In this document: positions 12,956-26,816 of the stretch, piece after piece
How positions within the stretch are numbered: position 1 is the stretch's first letter
How the letters are laid out: each line of letters opens with the position of its first letter
From: Glaucostegus cemiculus
Taxonomy: Eukaryota
Reading direction: 5' to 3'
NCBI GenBank assembly: GCA_976551045.1
Contig: CDPCPM010000050.1
Coordinates: 12,028,001-12,092,000 of the forward strand
DNA length: 64,000 bases
Notes under the pieces: model-generated
The model's database searches: none
Seen by the model: the letters and a program-made list of their open reading frames with translations, nothing else
What the model was told of the DNA's origin: nothing
Position numbers and translations under genes: made by a program

Positions 12956-13599
12956 GAAGTCTGAATCCAACTTCTTTATGACTCACAATTAAAAATGCAG
13001 TCAGACCTGCAATATTAAAATAGTACAGCGCCCACTACAACAAAGGAAATACACTATTATTGTACGTTCGTCCAAAGTGTTAATTTGTATGATTGCAATT
13101 GACTTTAATACCTGCAATACATTCCAACTCTGCAGTGAAAACATGAGCACATTTTCTAAAAGTGAGCGAGGAAACTGCATTGCCCAAACCTCAGTGTCCT
13201 TTCTGTGTGCATGCATTCCTTATTAAACGATTGAGATTTTATTTTATAATCTCTGTAACCCACGTGATGACAACAGTTCAGGAATTAGAGGAAAGAAGGA
13301 AGTTTTGATCTGACGATCCCAATCTGAATACAAAACGTGAATGCAATCCATTGCGTCATGTTGCAATGCCATGCATCTTGAAATGTCAAGTTTCTTTGCA
13401 TAAAAATATAGATCCAATATACATAGGTTAATAAAGATGGGCAAAATCTCTGTTTAGGAATTATAATTTGTCTTTGTCTCAGCTATGAAGGTAATAACAT
13501 GAATGGGAGAAGACGTCATTAGGTAGTATCTTTGGTGATGGTGTACTGCATGACCAGGACAGGCCGAATGGCCTCCTTTCTCTGGCCTAACTTTCGGTG

Positions 13600-13950
13600 G
13601 TCATTGGTATGAACCAAAAGGACTAAATACCATTTTGTACACAGTAAGCGTTCACAAACAAGAACGCGACAATGACTGGATGATCGGTGTTCGCTGTACC
13701 AAACAAGGAGCTGTAGAGCCGGAAGAACTCTTCTGTTCCTCGTTATAGAACCGCGGAATCCTTCACACCCAACCCGAGAGGGCAAGGTGAGATGTATTTA
13801 ACGTGTTATCCGAAGGACGGAGCTGCACTCACCCGGTGCTGCAGCAGTATTTCGGCCTTGGCATTTGTTCTCATCTCCAGATTGGGATTTGAACCTGCAA
13901 CCTTTTAAATTTGAGACAAAACTGACACCATCTGAGCCAGGATTGACTCC
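13600..13950 (-). mobile_element. Old Deu-SINE (SacSINE1/AmnSINE1-like), diverged
   Basis: cccgagagggcaag...tttaacgtgttatccgaaggacgg (Deu domain, reverse strand) and gggatttgaacc (B-box, reverse strand). Collinear with the copy at 55.2 kb. Confidence 0.65.
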
Positions 13951-14867
13951 GTGCACAGTCTAGTTTTCAAGCCTCCAGTAAAACCGATCATAGGGGATTA
14001 TGCAGCATTGTTCATAACGTAAGAAATGTTTAGAGCCATTTCCAATAGTTATACTTTTATGTTTGTGGCCCCTCCAGATCTAGTACAGTCTTGCAGGTAC
14101 TGAAGTTTGTTATTGTTGTTGGATCTCCATGTTTCTCCAAAATCAAATTCTACTCTTGTAGGGATATAAAATTAACATGCTTTAAAATGAAAATTGGCAG
14201 TTACCCCTGGGAGCAGCCAAAATTTGAAACATCTGAGTAAACGGGGGTTGTTTAGGCTAGCTGCTGGCATTAATACTGTTTTCGTGTTGATCTAATGATT
14301 TTTCAGCTTTCTGATAGTGATTGGCTAAATCAAGGCATAGTCTGGTGTAATCAGGTGGTCCGGAGTAATAATAATCCCAGATCCAGACGCTCGGACTCGG
14401 ATGCGATTCGCGGATAATGGAGCCGGCCCGCAGTGTAGGGGGTTTACTTCGTGCAAAGGATGCAAAGAAAACGCGAGGAGCTCTTCCTGCGGCCGTTTCA
14501 CTCAGCGTCCCCAACGCTGGGTCCTGGTTCGAACTGAAAATGCCATCTCTTTAACTGTGCTCTTAATTAAAGAGTAAAACGTACATGACGACCCGTCTGC
14601 GTTTCCTGCTGAGCTTGCAAATACTTTAATCATTTCGGAATATGTTGGAAAAGGAGCCGGTTTCCTAAGTCATGTGTTGAAACGTCTAACAAAACGCCTT
14701 AAATCTATTTTCACAAAATCACAAAACGTTAGCAGGCAATTAGAGGATATGTTTAGATTATCAGAAATATAGACGTTTTGGGGAAATGTATCTTTGATTT
14801 CTTTGGAATGTGCGGGATGTTAGCTGTAGTTCGATTTTCATTACTTTCTGTCTTTAGAAGCTCAATA

Positions 14868-14902
14868 ACCCCCACCCCCCCCCCCACACACACACACACA
14901 CC
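14868..14902 (+). repeat. C-run plus short (CA)n
   Basis: Directly visible. Confidence 0.9.
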
Positions 14903-15609
14903 GCTTTCGTAAGTAATGGGATGAAGATGGGGTGGCGTTGAAGTTGGGTGGGGAAAGGGCTGGGGGAGAACTTTTGCCAGGATTATGCCAATGTTGCTCC
15001 TGACCAGGCATTAGAAAGTGCCATAGGAGATACGGTCTGCCTCACACACCAATGTTCTTACCATCTCAGATGTATCCGGTCAACATCCACATATATCTCC
15101 ACTACCCTCCCTCCTTCCCACACAAACCTCCCCAAATTCGCCCCACCCCACCCCCACCAACCACCAATAATAACAACTCTTCCAGAAAAAAAAGTACTCT
15201 CGAAAATAGAAATGGCAAATGTAGATCTCACCAATTCACTTGGTTAACCTTTTAATTAAAAGAAATACCTTGATCGTGTGAAGATTCATAAACAGGGAAT
15301 CTCTTTGAAATATGCTAGCTACAAATTTACCAAAATTATCACTAGAATTTTTTCATAATAAACATCAATCTGTGTTAATCCAAATGTTTACCATGCTACT
15401 GAAGCAGCCCGCCGTTGTGAGTAGCTGTCCCTTAGTCTGGTTCTAGGGACGAGGAGGTTTGTTACGAAATGGGAAATACCAAGGTTAGGTGTGGCTGCAA
15501 TATAATTCGCACAACTGGTTTTTTTCGCAAAATGAAATCACATGTTTAATTCTAGATTTGTTAGAGAGATTATGATTAAAAGAGTCATTGTCAAAAAACA
15601 GTATTATTG

Positions 15610-15720
15610 CGAACCCGGAAATCTGAAATAAAATCAGAATTGGAAACACAATGGACCAGGGAGCATCTGTGGAGGGAGGAGGGCACATTATCATTTCCCA
15701 ATGGATGATCTTTAATTTTG
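15610..15720. mobile_element. Old Penelope-like terminal-repeat fragment
   Basis: ggaaatctgaaataaaa...agcatctgtggag matches the motif at 42.8-43.1 kb. Confidence 0.45.
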
Positions 15721-18700
15721 ATGTCCATTCTATCTTTCCTTCTCCGTGTTCCCACCATTATTTACTTTCATAATCACGATTATGTTTTCATTCGGGATTC
15801 TTTAACTTATCATCTATTTCCAAATCTTCTTTAAACGTACAGTTGTGAGTGAATCGTGAAAGGCACACCACACTTCTCTTTCAAAGAATAACGTCCCAAA
15901 CTTATTGAACATTAATCCGCCAATTATCTTTAAAATATCCGTTAGTAAAGAGATTGCAGACAACATAACACAATAGATACGGCATAAAATGCGAAATGTG
16001 TGCATAACCAAAGGTTTAGGATGAAAACAACACATACTTTTCCAGTTTGGAATAGTGCCATGTTTGCCAATATTAATTTAGATCCAACATTAAATACTTC
16101 GCAATCACCATGTCCTCTGATTCACACACTCACTTTCCTATTTCCATAACCTTTACATATTTGTCCAAATTTTATCAATGATGTTTAACGAAATCTCTTT
16201 CACCCAGATATGTGTTGGCCACTCCATAAAGATACTCAATATTCTACTGTTACATTTCCTGATGCCTCTGTAAACTATTTTCTGCTTATAAGGACCCAGT
16301 GCCGTTCCCATTGGCCTTTTATGGTGTCTGGAATGAAGCAATTGACAAGTAATCATTGATCAGACAATAATGTACTTGTTCTGTGAACGATTTGCGAAGT
16401 CGACCCATTTTCTGATAGGTTGCTTTATACACTTCAGTGATTTCCACCTTAAGACTTAAATCATTACTATAAACCTCACTATGATAGTTAAACCAACCGA
16501 CCACATATTGACACAAACTAACGAAGCATTATTGATAACAAACTTCCTGTGTCTTTGCACACTTTGGGATGGTCACTAAGTGGAACAGTGGGATAAAAGG
16601 ATGCCATTTCCGGAGATTACATTGCAAACCCCGCGTTACGGGTAGCTAGTGACGCCAGGGAGCTGCACGAATTGTCTCCTATCCAGAGTTTTCAAAAAGT
16701 TCCAGCTATCCAATAAATAAAGCAATACGAGATCGGAGGACCTCAAAATATTATTTAACACCCTACATTGAATATCCAATTCGTTAAGATCTTATCTTGA
16801 ATGACAATTCTGTGCTAATGTGAAAAGCCGTTCGGTTCACTCTTGCGGTAATAACAATTCACCTCATGTAGACCCCAAAGAACAGCGTCTCTACTTTAGG
16901 CTCTTAAAAATGCATTTACATAATAAGTGACTTATTAAATCTTCATAAACATTCTCGCGGGAGTTCCTACCATATATTGCAGTTAATGTTTAGTGTTCCC
17001 GAAACTAAAGAAGATATTTCGAATGATTGTGTTGTCTGGAGTTTAATAAATAATCTTCATTTACCAGTTTAGGACGAAGCGACCTAGAGGTCTTTTTTTT
17101 ATTTCAGAAGGGCTTACAAGGACCGCCGTCCTCTGGGAATGAAGTCTCGATATATTTTTAATACAACCGTATAGGTTTTACTATATGAATAATTATGCAA
17201 ATATCGTAGCATTCAAATCTCCATCGCGTGTCCTTTGTTCCTGTATAATAAAAGTAAAGAAAAATGTTCCATGCATGTTAAACCAGATGGCATTTATATA
17301 TCTCATCCTTATTCAACGGAAGACGATGACCTTTTCTTCTTTGGGAAACATTTGAAAGGTATAGTTCAATTGGCTGAAATCAATTAGGTGCATTTCCTTT
17401 CCTAACGGCTCGTTGTTTCGCTGTGAAACGATCTAAAATCCGGGAAATGTTTACTGCTGTTCTCGTATTTGCCTTTATCACATTTCATTCCACTTTCAAC
17501 CGAGTTGAAGGGAAAGGGGGTGTAAACAGCTACAAGGAAGCATCAAGTCCTATGAGTTACTACTGTTATGTCCTTTTTTCTCAAAGAAAACTTTTTCAAT
17601 TTAAAACATTTACAATCTATTTTCAAATATATGTAATTAACCTTGGGCCCAAATAACATTGTGTGGACATATAGCATTATCATAAAAATTACCGATGTGA
17701 CGATATTTCAATCCTCATAACATACGTATAATTTCCCATTAATTTCACCTTTGTCGGGGAGTAGCCACGTATCTCTGAAATAAACCGAACATATTATTTT
17801 CCTCTGTCATTTCACGGTTATTGCTTAGAGTCGTCCTTGTGTTTTCCCGGTGTACGAGGTCTAGACAGCACTTTCTCTGGTTTTCCACCTATGTGACAAT
17901 TGCGCCAGATAGTTAAGATGATTCGAAAACGCGAAAGTTGATGTTGACTGTGTAAAGAAAGTTTGTCCCGATCAAATTCAAAGTCATTTACTTTTAGGTC
18001 ACTGGCAGAAAATCAGCAGGTATTCGCATTGTCGGACAGACAGAAGGATATCCCGTCGTCCATTCCAAACTCTTTTTAAACTTTTAACCAGAGATGTGTG
18101 AAAGGAAATCAATTATCAAAGCATTATCTGCGGATCCGATAAAGATATTGGCTCTTTAAAGGCGGTGCATGTGTAAAAGCACAAACCCAGTGCTAAAAAA
18201 ACAGCCTTAAAATACACTTCTAGGTCAGTTTCTGGCTGCAAATCAGAGGAGCTTTGAGGTGTCAAAACTTCTGATAGAACTCCACACATGTGTCAAGTGT
18301 GCAGCACCCATGAGTGTGTTGATGGTGAATTTATTCGACCGAAAGAATTACAATTACATTCGCTAATTGTTACCACATGAGCCAGCACACCATTTTCCTT
18401 GGAAATACGTGATTATAAAAACTAAAGTACATTGTTAAGATGCAACTGGGGAAAGCTTTCAAAATGGCATCGGAATTGATACAGAAAGATTTTTTTTATC
18501 TCTTGTAATTGCTGGAAGCAAATTCTTCTGATACCATCTGAGTCTGTGCTGCTTGCCCGAGGCGAGCAGCTCCTGCACTTGACTTCGATCGCTCTAAGCT
18601 CTGAGCGGGTGCCAGCCAGTGTAGTGCGCTCCGGCGTTTTTCGACACCTTCTAAACAATAGTAAATGGGGCAGTAACAATGTATCACCTTCGTTTACAGC

Positions 18701-20982
18701 AAATCCAAAATAACTGGTAAACGCAAATCCATCAAGTTCTAACACCATTGGAAGAATGCCTACATTTTATTTATTATCACGGCTATTCAAAGGCTTGCAT
18801 ACATCTTTTACCGTGCATAATTTCCCACGACTAAACTGAGCAGATAATACACATGAAATACTTGTTTTCTTTATCACCTTATTTAGTTGCAGATAATTTA
18901 CCACACCTTTTTCCCCATCAAAACGATCTTGCTTAAGATTCGCGCACATTACCTTACGGTGTTTTCCAGTCACATCATTAGGGAATACTGAAAAATCCTT
19001 TTCAGTTCTGCTCTGCAATATGACTGCACACGCTCACAGTGCCTCTGTTTTTCTTTCTCATGCTTTCTTAATGAGACAAGTAATTGATTGATTTTAATAT
19101 ACATGACTGATTGTTTCTCCCTTGTTTTGTGAGTGAAAAGATTTCTGGGTAAACCTGACGCTCCTACCGCAAAGTGGGACGAGCTAATTATATCTGACCA
19201 CATAAAAATAAATAGTATATGTTTTCAAGGAGTCGGAGCTCTCTCCCAGAAGAATTGATCTGTTTACTATAAAATTGCTTAAGGGAATTGCATTTTTGAA
19301 GAGATTCTAGTCGTACGATAACAACGGTGCTGATATGTATGATATGAAATATATAAATTTATGTATATGAATACAATCAATGTTAACAGATAAATTCTCA
19401 ACAAACTTACGTTTATTGCAGAGGGAGTGTTTTCCCCCTCGGTGAGGGATTCAAATGTTGATTGTCCTCAGTTCTTGGATGAAGCAGTCGTGCAAGAGCA
19501 CTATATGCAATTTCTCACGCTTCGCTGATATCAAAGCAGTGGTAATGAATGCTGAGAACTATTTAAATTTATCATTTGTAAAGCAGTCACTTATAAAAGC
19601 CTAGACGATTTACAAGGGCCATGCTGGGTTTGTTTAACTTTAAAATCGCACACACAGAGGAAAAATAACTGCTCCTAATCGCGTTGCGTGTACCTTTAAA
19701 AAATTAAATGTTTCTTTAAAATTAGAATTATGCACTTAATCACTATTTCGGCATAAATAGAAGCTTGCGCGTTTTTTTTCAGATGCGTAGATTCTTTTTT
19801 TATCCATAGAATTATCCCTGATAATCTGTAAACGAGAGATATTATGACTTTTGTATATTGATTTATAATCATTTCCCCCACTCTGGTCTGGTGATAAATT
19901 CAGCTGTTTCAAAAGTGGGGCTGGTGTCATTTTACCCCAAGGATAAATCACGTTTTGGTCTCATTATTCAAAACATTTACAACACATGATTTCGGGAAAA
20001 TATGAAGCTTTCCATCGCTGTTGTAGAAAGTTATGCAACGGTTTAGCACGGGACAAGGCATAAAGGTCTAACAAAACATAAATTATTTTTTTCCATTAGA
20101 ATAAAGGACTAAGGAATGACAAGATATTAAATTGCTCGTGGAGATGCGAAGAAGTGTCCTTGAGTTGCTCAGGCGCGCGTTTGTGGGATAATAACAGGGC
20201 GGCGAGGCAATGGTTTAAAAAATTAAAATCGTAATTTTAAAATGTATGATTGTGATCTTAGTTATTTTTTTCTGGAATGTTGGATGTATTTGATATGTGT
20301 TATTAATTCTGTTAGCGGTTGTGTTCTTTTAAGACTCTGGTGGAGAACCAGGTTACTCCTCAAATATACAAATAATTAATACCGGAGTTAGTGGCATCAC
20401 ATCCGTGCTCCTTCATACAAGCGAAATAAAGGTCTTTCACAAACAGTACTGCCCGGCCCAAGGGAAAAAAAAGAATCTTTTCAAAAGCTTTACCGAGGAA
20501 AGCTCAGAAAAGATCTGAATCCCAGCCTCGTAAAATACATATATACGTAGCACTCAGAATTTGCTGCTAAACTAACCCTTTCAGACTTTTGTTCTTTTTT
20601 GAGACGTCACAGGAACGTGACCTCGGGTTCATTTCACTGCAGATTGGAAACGACTTGGGGTTCCATGTCAAAATAATCACTTCCCACCACACATGAATTA
20701 ACAAGAATGAAAACGGTAGGGTTTTTTGAACGATGTGAACGTAAGCATAAACGACTCCATGCCTATGCAATGTAGATGATTCCAGACTACTGTGCACTGC
20801 CGTTTTATTGTCTCTATTAAATAAATATTTATTCCAGTTTGAAAATTGTCCATCAGTTTTTTTCCCCTTTCAATCTCTGCCAGGAGTGCCGAGACTTTTT
20901 TTCAAAATACTGTTATGGTTATGATCTTATTAAGAGACATATATCTGTTTGTCACTGCCACTCCGTCAAATATGTAGACTAG

Positions 20983-21160
20983 NNNNNNNNNNNNNNNNNN
21001 NNNNNNNNNNNNNNNNNNNNNNNNNNNNNNNNNNNNNNNNNNNNNNNNNNNNNNNNNNNNNNNNNNNNNNNNNNNNNNNNNNNNNNNNNNNNNNNNNNNN
21101 NNNNNNNNNNNNNNNNNNNNNNNNNNNNNNNNNNNNNNNNNNNNNNNNNNNNNNNNNNNN
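20983..21160. other. Assembly gap (N run)
   Basis: 178 N. Confidence 0.99.
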
Positions 21161-23099
21161 TACACTGCATATTATCCACTCATATAACATGCCACGATCT
21201 GTGGTTTGTCCAATTCAGTTTAACGTTTTTACTGGACACTACGATCTCTGGGTACAGTGGGTGATCCGTACAAATCAAGGAATTGCAACACACAGGGTTT
21301 GCTTAATGGGAACAACTCGTGCCAATTTGTACATCCGCGTAATATTTAGTTTTCAGTCGTAATTAAACAGTCTCATCCTTATACGTTTGAACATGCAGTG
21401 CGGGGATCAGGAGATGGGGTCCGTATGCATCGTCTGGGATGTAAATTGCATGTGCTTAGTCGGTAATCAAGTGTAACGTGCTGCTACCAAAATCAATTCA
21501 ACCAGCCATTGGTGTACACACCACATATCTGTCCGCACTGAATAAAATTAAAATTGCTGCAACTATTGCAGAAGGCAGTAATGAAATTATGCACATACTA
21601 TTTATTACTGACCCCGATGAAACATTTTCATTATAGATCCTCAAGTTATACACCACCCGTTTTGTTCCCTTCTACCATAACGTCTTAGAGCAAATGGGAA
21701 GAAATGAAGCACCGTAGTGCAATCAAGAGTTCTAGTTTCGGGAATAGTCTTAAATTTTGGATTTCAGAAGTTTTCTTTCTCTATCTCCCTCCCAGTCCAA
21801 GAGTCGGGTCACTTCAATGTACCGAAATTCTACGCAGCAAAGTGTAACAGATCAAGTTTCAGATGTCACATCAACAAACTAAATGCCTAAGCTGTTAATT
21901 ACTTAACAACCCCACGGTGCCAATTTAAGCGTTGCCCTGGCTTTTTAATTTTAAATCGGTTCTTAAAATTATCGATTATTCCCTTTGAAGGAAGGTGTAA
22001 AGATGGGTAAAATATGTAATTGTGAGTAAATACAACATGTTTCGTTTGTTATCCTGCAAAGTTGATAAAGCCAAGACAGTAAATGAAATGACTAATTAAA
22101 CAGCTTCATTCTGTTCCCATTAGCAGTTGCTTTGTCAGGCACTTGTCAGCCCACCCTTTTAACTGTGAACTTAAGTCTACAAAGTTAATCCATCCTGTAT
22201 ATCTTTCTAATTACCCTACAAGACAACACGTAAGAGGTTCTGTATCAAGATCGCTGCTCTCTCCAAAAATGTACCATATATTATCGTCCGTCACCGCGTC
22301 CAACAAGCTCAAACGCAGGTCAATGAAGCGTGGATGTGCGATTTCCCGAAACGATTTTAGTTATAAAAGAAATCCAAGCCTGATTTTTATGTTCGGATTG
22401 TTTTGTTTTTTTATTTAACATGTAACAGAACGAACATAATATATGAGAATAAAAACCGCCTGTGCGCTTCTTGAACGTGCTTGATAGAAATTCTTAATGA
22501 CGTTTGGAAACAAAAGGCAATTTGCTTTTCAGAAAAGTTTGAACAGGTCCTTACATGCGGGATTTTCTCCAAATGCATACATAAATTAGCAGCCTACGAC
22601 ATAGCACACTCCACTCGGTCGATTACTTCGCAATTTATAACGATTAGAACCAATCTGATAAAGTTGCCTCTACAAAGAAACCGACGAAGAGATCCTTCCC
22701 CAAACTAGCAGCTGGACCTAACGTTAACTGTACTTAGTTCCGGAATTCTATAGAACACACCACAAAAAGCATGGATTCTGTTGTTTAGTCTTATGCAAGA
22801 GACCTTTATCTCTTAATTGGCTTTTATTTGGATACCTACTTTCGTAATCTGGTACTGGGGAGGATATATGCTATTTACAGAAGTGACCCGACCTGGAAGA
22901 TATAACTTACCAAAAACAGCGTCCTTTACTTGGACAAAAGAAAATCTTCGTATCATAAGAAAGGAATATGAGAAAATTCTTACTTATAATATTAGACACC
23001 GAGTAAACCTAACACCCACAATGGTAATGGGCTGTTTTCCTCTGTGTGGACACAATGTTGCATTCAATCTAGATATGCTATAAATTAAGCGTTTCTATG

Positions 23100-23553
23100 G
23101 TAGCATGTCTCTGATTGGGCGACATATCCCGTACGTGGCGGCAAACGTCACCAAATCTGAATAAGGATGCGCGAATTACAGCTTCGTACACAAAGATGAT
23201 GGAGACAGCATGAGAGCGGAGAAAAGTCCCGTCCACCCCAGATAGGATGAATCTGAGTTGATTGCTGAATGTGTAAGGATAGCTTCAAGAAGCAAGATGG
23301 GCTGCTAGCAGGCGCATCTGAAAGTAAAAGAGGATTATTATTTTGCATTTTCGAGCCCCATCAAACTTCAGGGAGTAAACCAATCGAACCCCTCGCGTGC
23401 AGCTTCGTCAGAGGAAGGAAAGTAGCAGCTGCGAATCTGACAAGAGGAACTTGAACGGAGCAACTGGATTTTGAAGTGCAATCTGCAATCACTTGAAGTT
23501 ACGGTTTTTTTTTCGAAAGGAAAAGCAAAATTGTGTCCCTGAAGCAAATCACG
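23100..23553 (+). promoter_or_regulatory. Putative lhx5 proximal promoter and 5' UTR
   Basis: Reverse CCAAT (tgATTGG, about 23117), TACGTG and ACGTCA motifs and CpG-rich sequence about 430 nt upstream of the ATG. The TSS cannot be determined from sequence. Confidence 0.5.
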
Positions 23554-23723
23554 ATGGTGCACTGTGCTGGTTGCGAGAGGCCTATTTTAGATAGGTTTCT
23601 CCTAAACGTGCTGGACAGAGCCTGGCACATCAAGTGCGTCCAGTGTTGTGAATGCAAGTGCAACTTGACTGAAAAATGCTTTTCCAGAGAAGGGAAGCTT
23701 TACTGTAAAAACGATTTCTTCAG
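23554..23723 (+). CDS. lhx5: LIM/homeobox protein Lhx5, coding exon 1 (LIM1)
   Basis: ATG in strong Kozak context (acgATGg). Translates [56 protein letters not shown]. Ends AG|gtgagt, 170 nt, phase 2. CERP and WHIK are Lhx5-type residues (Lhx1 has CKRP and WHVK). Confidence 0.97.
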
Positions 23724-25541
23724 GTGAGTTAAATGAACTTCCCTTCTCGTTTTAAAACAGCAAGGTTTTATTTTAGGACATCAGCCTGCGTAGTTTATGC
23801 CACAATATGAAACGCAGCGGACCGATGAATGTTGTTTGTCCATTGGATTGTTTCGTCTATTCCTCGACATAGAGCACTTATGGACCTAAGTTTAAGTAAC
23901 TCAAACATAATTAAATAGCAACAGTAAGTATAACAAGGCAATCACGTTTTGATTTTGATTCTAGCAGAGGCCTACGATAGGATTTAGAAAAGGCCCGCAA
24001 CTTTAATAATGAATAGTTGTTGCACGGAACAGCCCAAATGGTTTTGATGTGGAAATGTAATACTGCAATTTACGATTTGCATAAACACCCGCAACAATTA
24101 TTTCCAACCTATCTCATAATTAGTATAACTAGCTCTAATTGTTTCCGGGTCCAGTCAGGTTTCCGCGCCCAATCTAATACACACATCCTACACGGAAGAT
24201 GTTTAAACGGGGACTTCAAGTATATAGGAACTACTGTGTGACCGTTTCATTATCGAAGTGGTACATGATCTTCTCTCCTCCCCACCCCCTCCCCCATCCC
24301 GCCCCTCCCCAAAGTTTATAAACTTATATAAAGGTTTGAAGAAGTATCAGCAAAAGGGGAAAAAAAACTGGCAGGAGTTGTGATTCAGACTCAGAAGATA
24401 TATTCTTATTTTCATCGTGATGGAGATAACGTCGCATTGTATTGTTTAAAAACTGAATATAAACTGCAGGTGGCTGGAAATAGCACGTGGATGCGGGGCC
24501 TAACTTACGTGCATTTAAATGGGAAGAATGGGACCTTTCTCCTTCTGACTCGTTCTAAACACAAACTATTCAGCAATTTGACAATTCTTTTAAGGTGCCT
24601 AATGTAGCAATACTTAAACGTATTTAATGACTCTGTTAAGCTGCAGATGAACCAATTACACCCCGCGGATAAGACAAAGATGACTTATGATCTCTAATTC
24701 TTTTACTAAATCAACGTCATTGTCACCAAAACCGGTCTGCACGGCAGCTGTGGTATTGAGTCCACGGAAATAATTATGGGGATTGTGTTGGGCGATGCAT
24801 GACTTTTGGTGGTCTAGACTTAGAGCAACTGAGGTTGGATGATACTGGCCTCGCCCCCACCTCCTGTCCCAGAATCTTCCGCAATTTTCCGACCCAGAGC
24901 CAGTCACTTTCAAATAGTAATTGTTTTCGAAGAATCTTAAACTCTGCTCAAGCAGTGTGGAAAATGTTAGGAAGTATTTTCTCATTCAATTTATATACAG
25001 TGAGTATATATGTAATGCAGGCTTCTCCGAAGGTTACGGCGCTTCTATGAAATTCAACGTGTTCAACCCCAAGGGTAACATGTTTGCCTTGATGTTCCAA
25101 CTTGTTTTTTGCTAAAACTTACTTCTGGATCTCTTCTCACTTATGGATTACTATAAATTTTCCACTCTAATTAATTATTCATGATATTAACATATATTCA
25201 AAATTCAACTTTTGATTTTACAATTTTCAATAATAAAAACAGAAAGATATTTCCATAACAATCATTAACCTACGAAGTGCACGTGAATTTAATTTAAAAA
25301 TAGATGCGAGCTTTCTTCAAGTCTCCTTGCAACTCTTACTACCACAAGTGGAATTAGCGCCTTACGGAAGGTACTTTACTTGCTCCCCCGAAGCAAAACT
25401 GTTTTTGTCAGACTCAGAACTGTTTATAATCATAAGGTCCTCGTGACCGGCTTAATTGCACAATTTTCTCAATGAGATGGTAAAGGCTTATTTGATGATG
25501 GAGGTGGTATATATTTACATGGTACCCATTTCTGTTTACAG

Positions 25542-25765
25542 ACGGTTTGGTACAAAATGTGCGGGATGTTATCAAGGTATTTCTCCCAGTGACCTCGTAA
25601 GAAAAGCAAGAAATAAAGTGTTTCACCTAAACTGCTTCACATGTATGGTTTGTAACAAACAACTGTCGACTGGAGAGGAACTATATATCATTGATGAAAA
25701 CAAATTTGTGTGCAAAGAAGACTATTTGAGCACCAGCAGTTTAAAAGACACCAATTTAAATTCAG
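25542..25765 (+). CDS. lhx5: Lhx5 coding exon 2 (LIM2)
   Basis: Acceptor tttctgtttacag|. Translates [74 protein letters not shown]. Donor G|gtaagg, 224 nt, phase fits exons 1 and 3. Confidence 0.97.
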
Positions 25766-26538
25766 GTAAGGCCCGGAGACAGTGCGGGTGTTAAATAAAG
25801 CCCATTGTTAATGCTCGTGGAGGACGGGAGTTGTTTTTGTTGTTGTTGTTGTTGTGTCCCGTGCTTATGGGATGTCGCTAATACAAAACGTCTTAAACTA
25901 TTTCCCCCTTTGACTCCCTCCTCTACCCTGTGCAATGATAAACTTCATACAATCTTTATCACTTCCTTGTCATTTCTTAAACTCCCCCATTCACTCTGAA
26001 CACATCCCGCGCGTTTGATCTCTAGAAGTCTATTTGCAAGAAGATGTTAAGATAATTTATTACATTTCAATTAGCACTCATCTGAATATCTCCCAGGATT
26101 TTAGTCTATTTTTCTTGTGGTTTAAAGTCAAAATCAGAGCTCTGCATTTTACAAACTCGGCAATATTTTAAGCAATGGCTGTTTTCGTGGATTTGGTTAT
26201 CATTGTGTAGCTCCAACCGGATTATATCAAAATAAATAAAAATAACAGCCCATTAACATTGCATGATAGATTTAAAAGGTTTATAGCGTGAAACTAGTAT
26301 TTCAAAACTTTAAATACGTGTTTCGGGAAATCGTAGCAATACACGTTCCATCAGAGGGGCGTTTAAAATGTCGCTAATGATTTTAAATCTTGGTTTGGAT
26401 TTTGTTTATGAGAAGTAATTTCCCTTCTCATAATATCTGGCGAGTACATTTAAATGGTTGGTGCTGGGATAATATCACTGGTAGTTTTCACTGAATCCTG
26501 CTTCTAACAGGTTAATAAAAGGCGGTTATATCTTTCAG

Positions 26539-26816
26539 TATCTTCGTGTACAGATCGGAGTTTATCGCCTGATATCCAGGATCAGAATATAGACGATACA
26601 AAAGAAACGGACAATTCCACCTCGTCAGACAAAGAGACGCAGAATAATGAGAACGAGGAGCAAAGCACGGGCACCAAGCGGAGAGGACCACGGACCACGA
26701 TTAAAGCCAAACAGTTAGAAACATTAAAAGCCGCCTTCGCCGCTACCCCGAAGCCTACACGACACATACGGGAGCAACTTGCTCAGGAAACGGGCCTCAA
26801 CATGAGGGTTATTCAG
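26539..26816 (+). CDS. lhx5: Lhx5 coding exon 3 (linker and homeodomain helices 1-3 start)
   Basis: Only its 3' tip appears in the ORF track; read by hand. Acceptor tctttcag|. Translates [93 protein letters not shown]. Donor |gtatca, 278 nt. The linker is diagnostic for Lhx5 versus Lhx1. Confidence 0.97.

Noticed and set aside
12550-12992. Six overlapping Arg/Pro/Ala-rich ORFs
   Set aside because: Expected by-product of a GC-rich island with few stop codons; no recognisable domain.
24176-24183. AATACACA FoxH1-type site in intron 1, by analogy with the Xenopus lhx1 intron-1 activin response element
   Set aside because: A single AT-rich 8-mer with no cluster; expected by chance.
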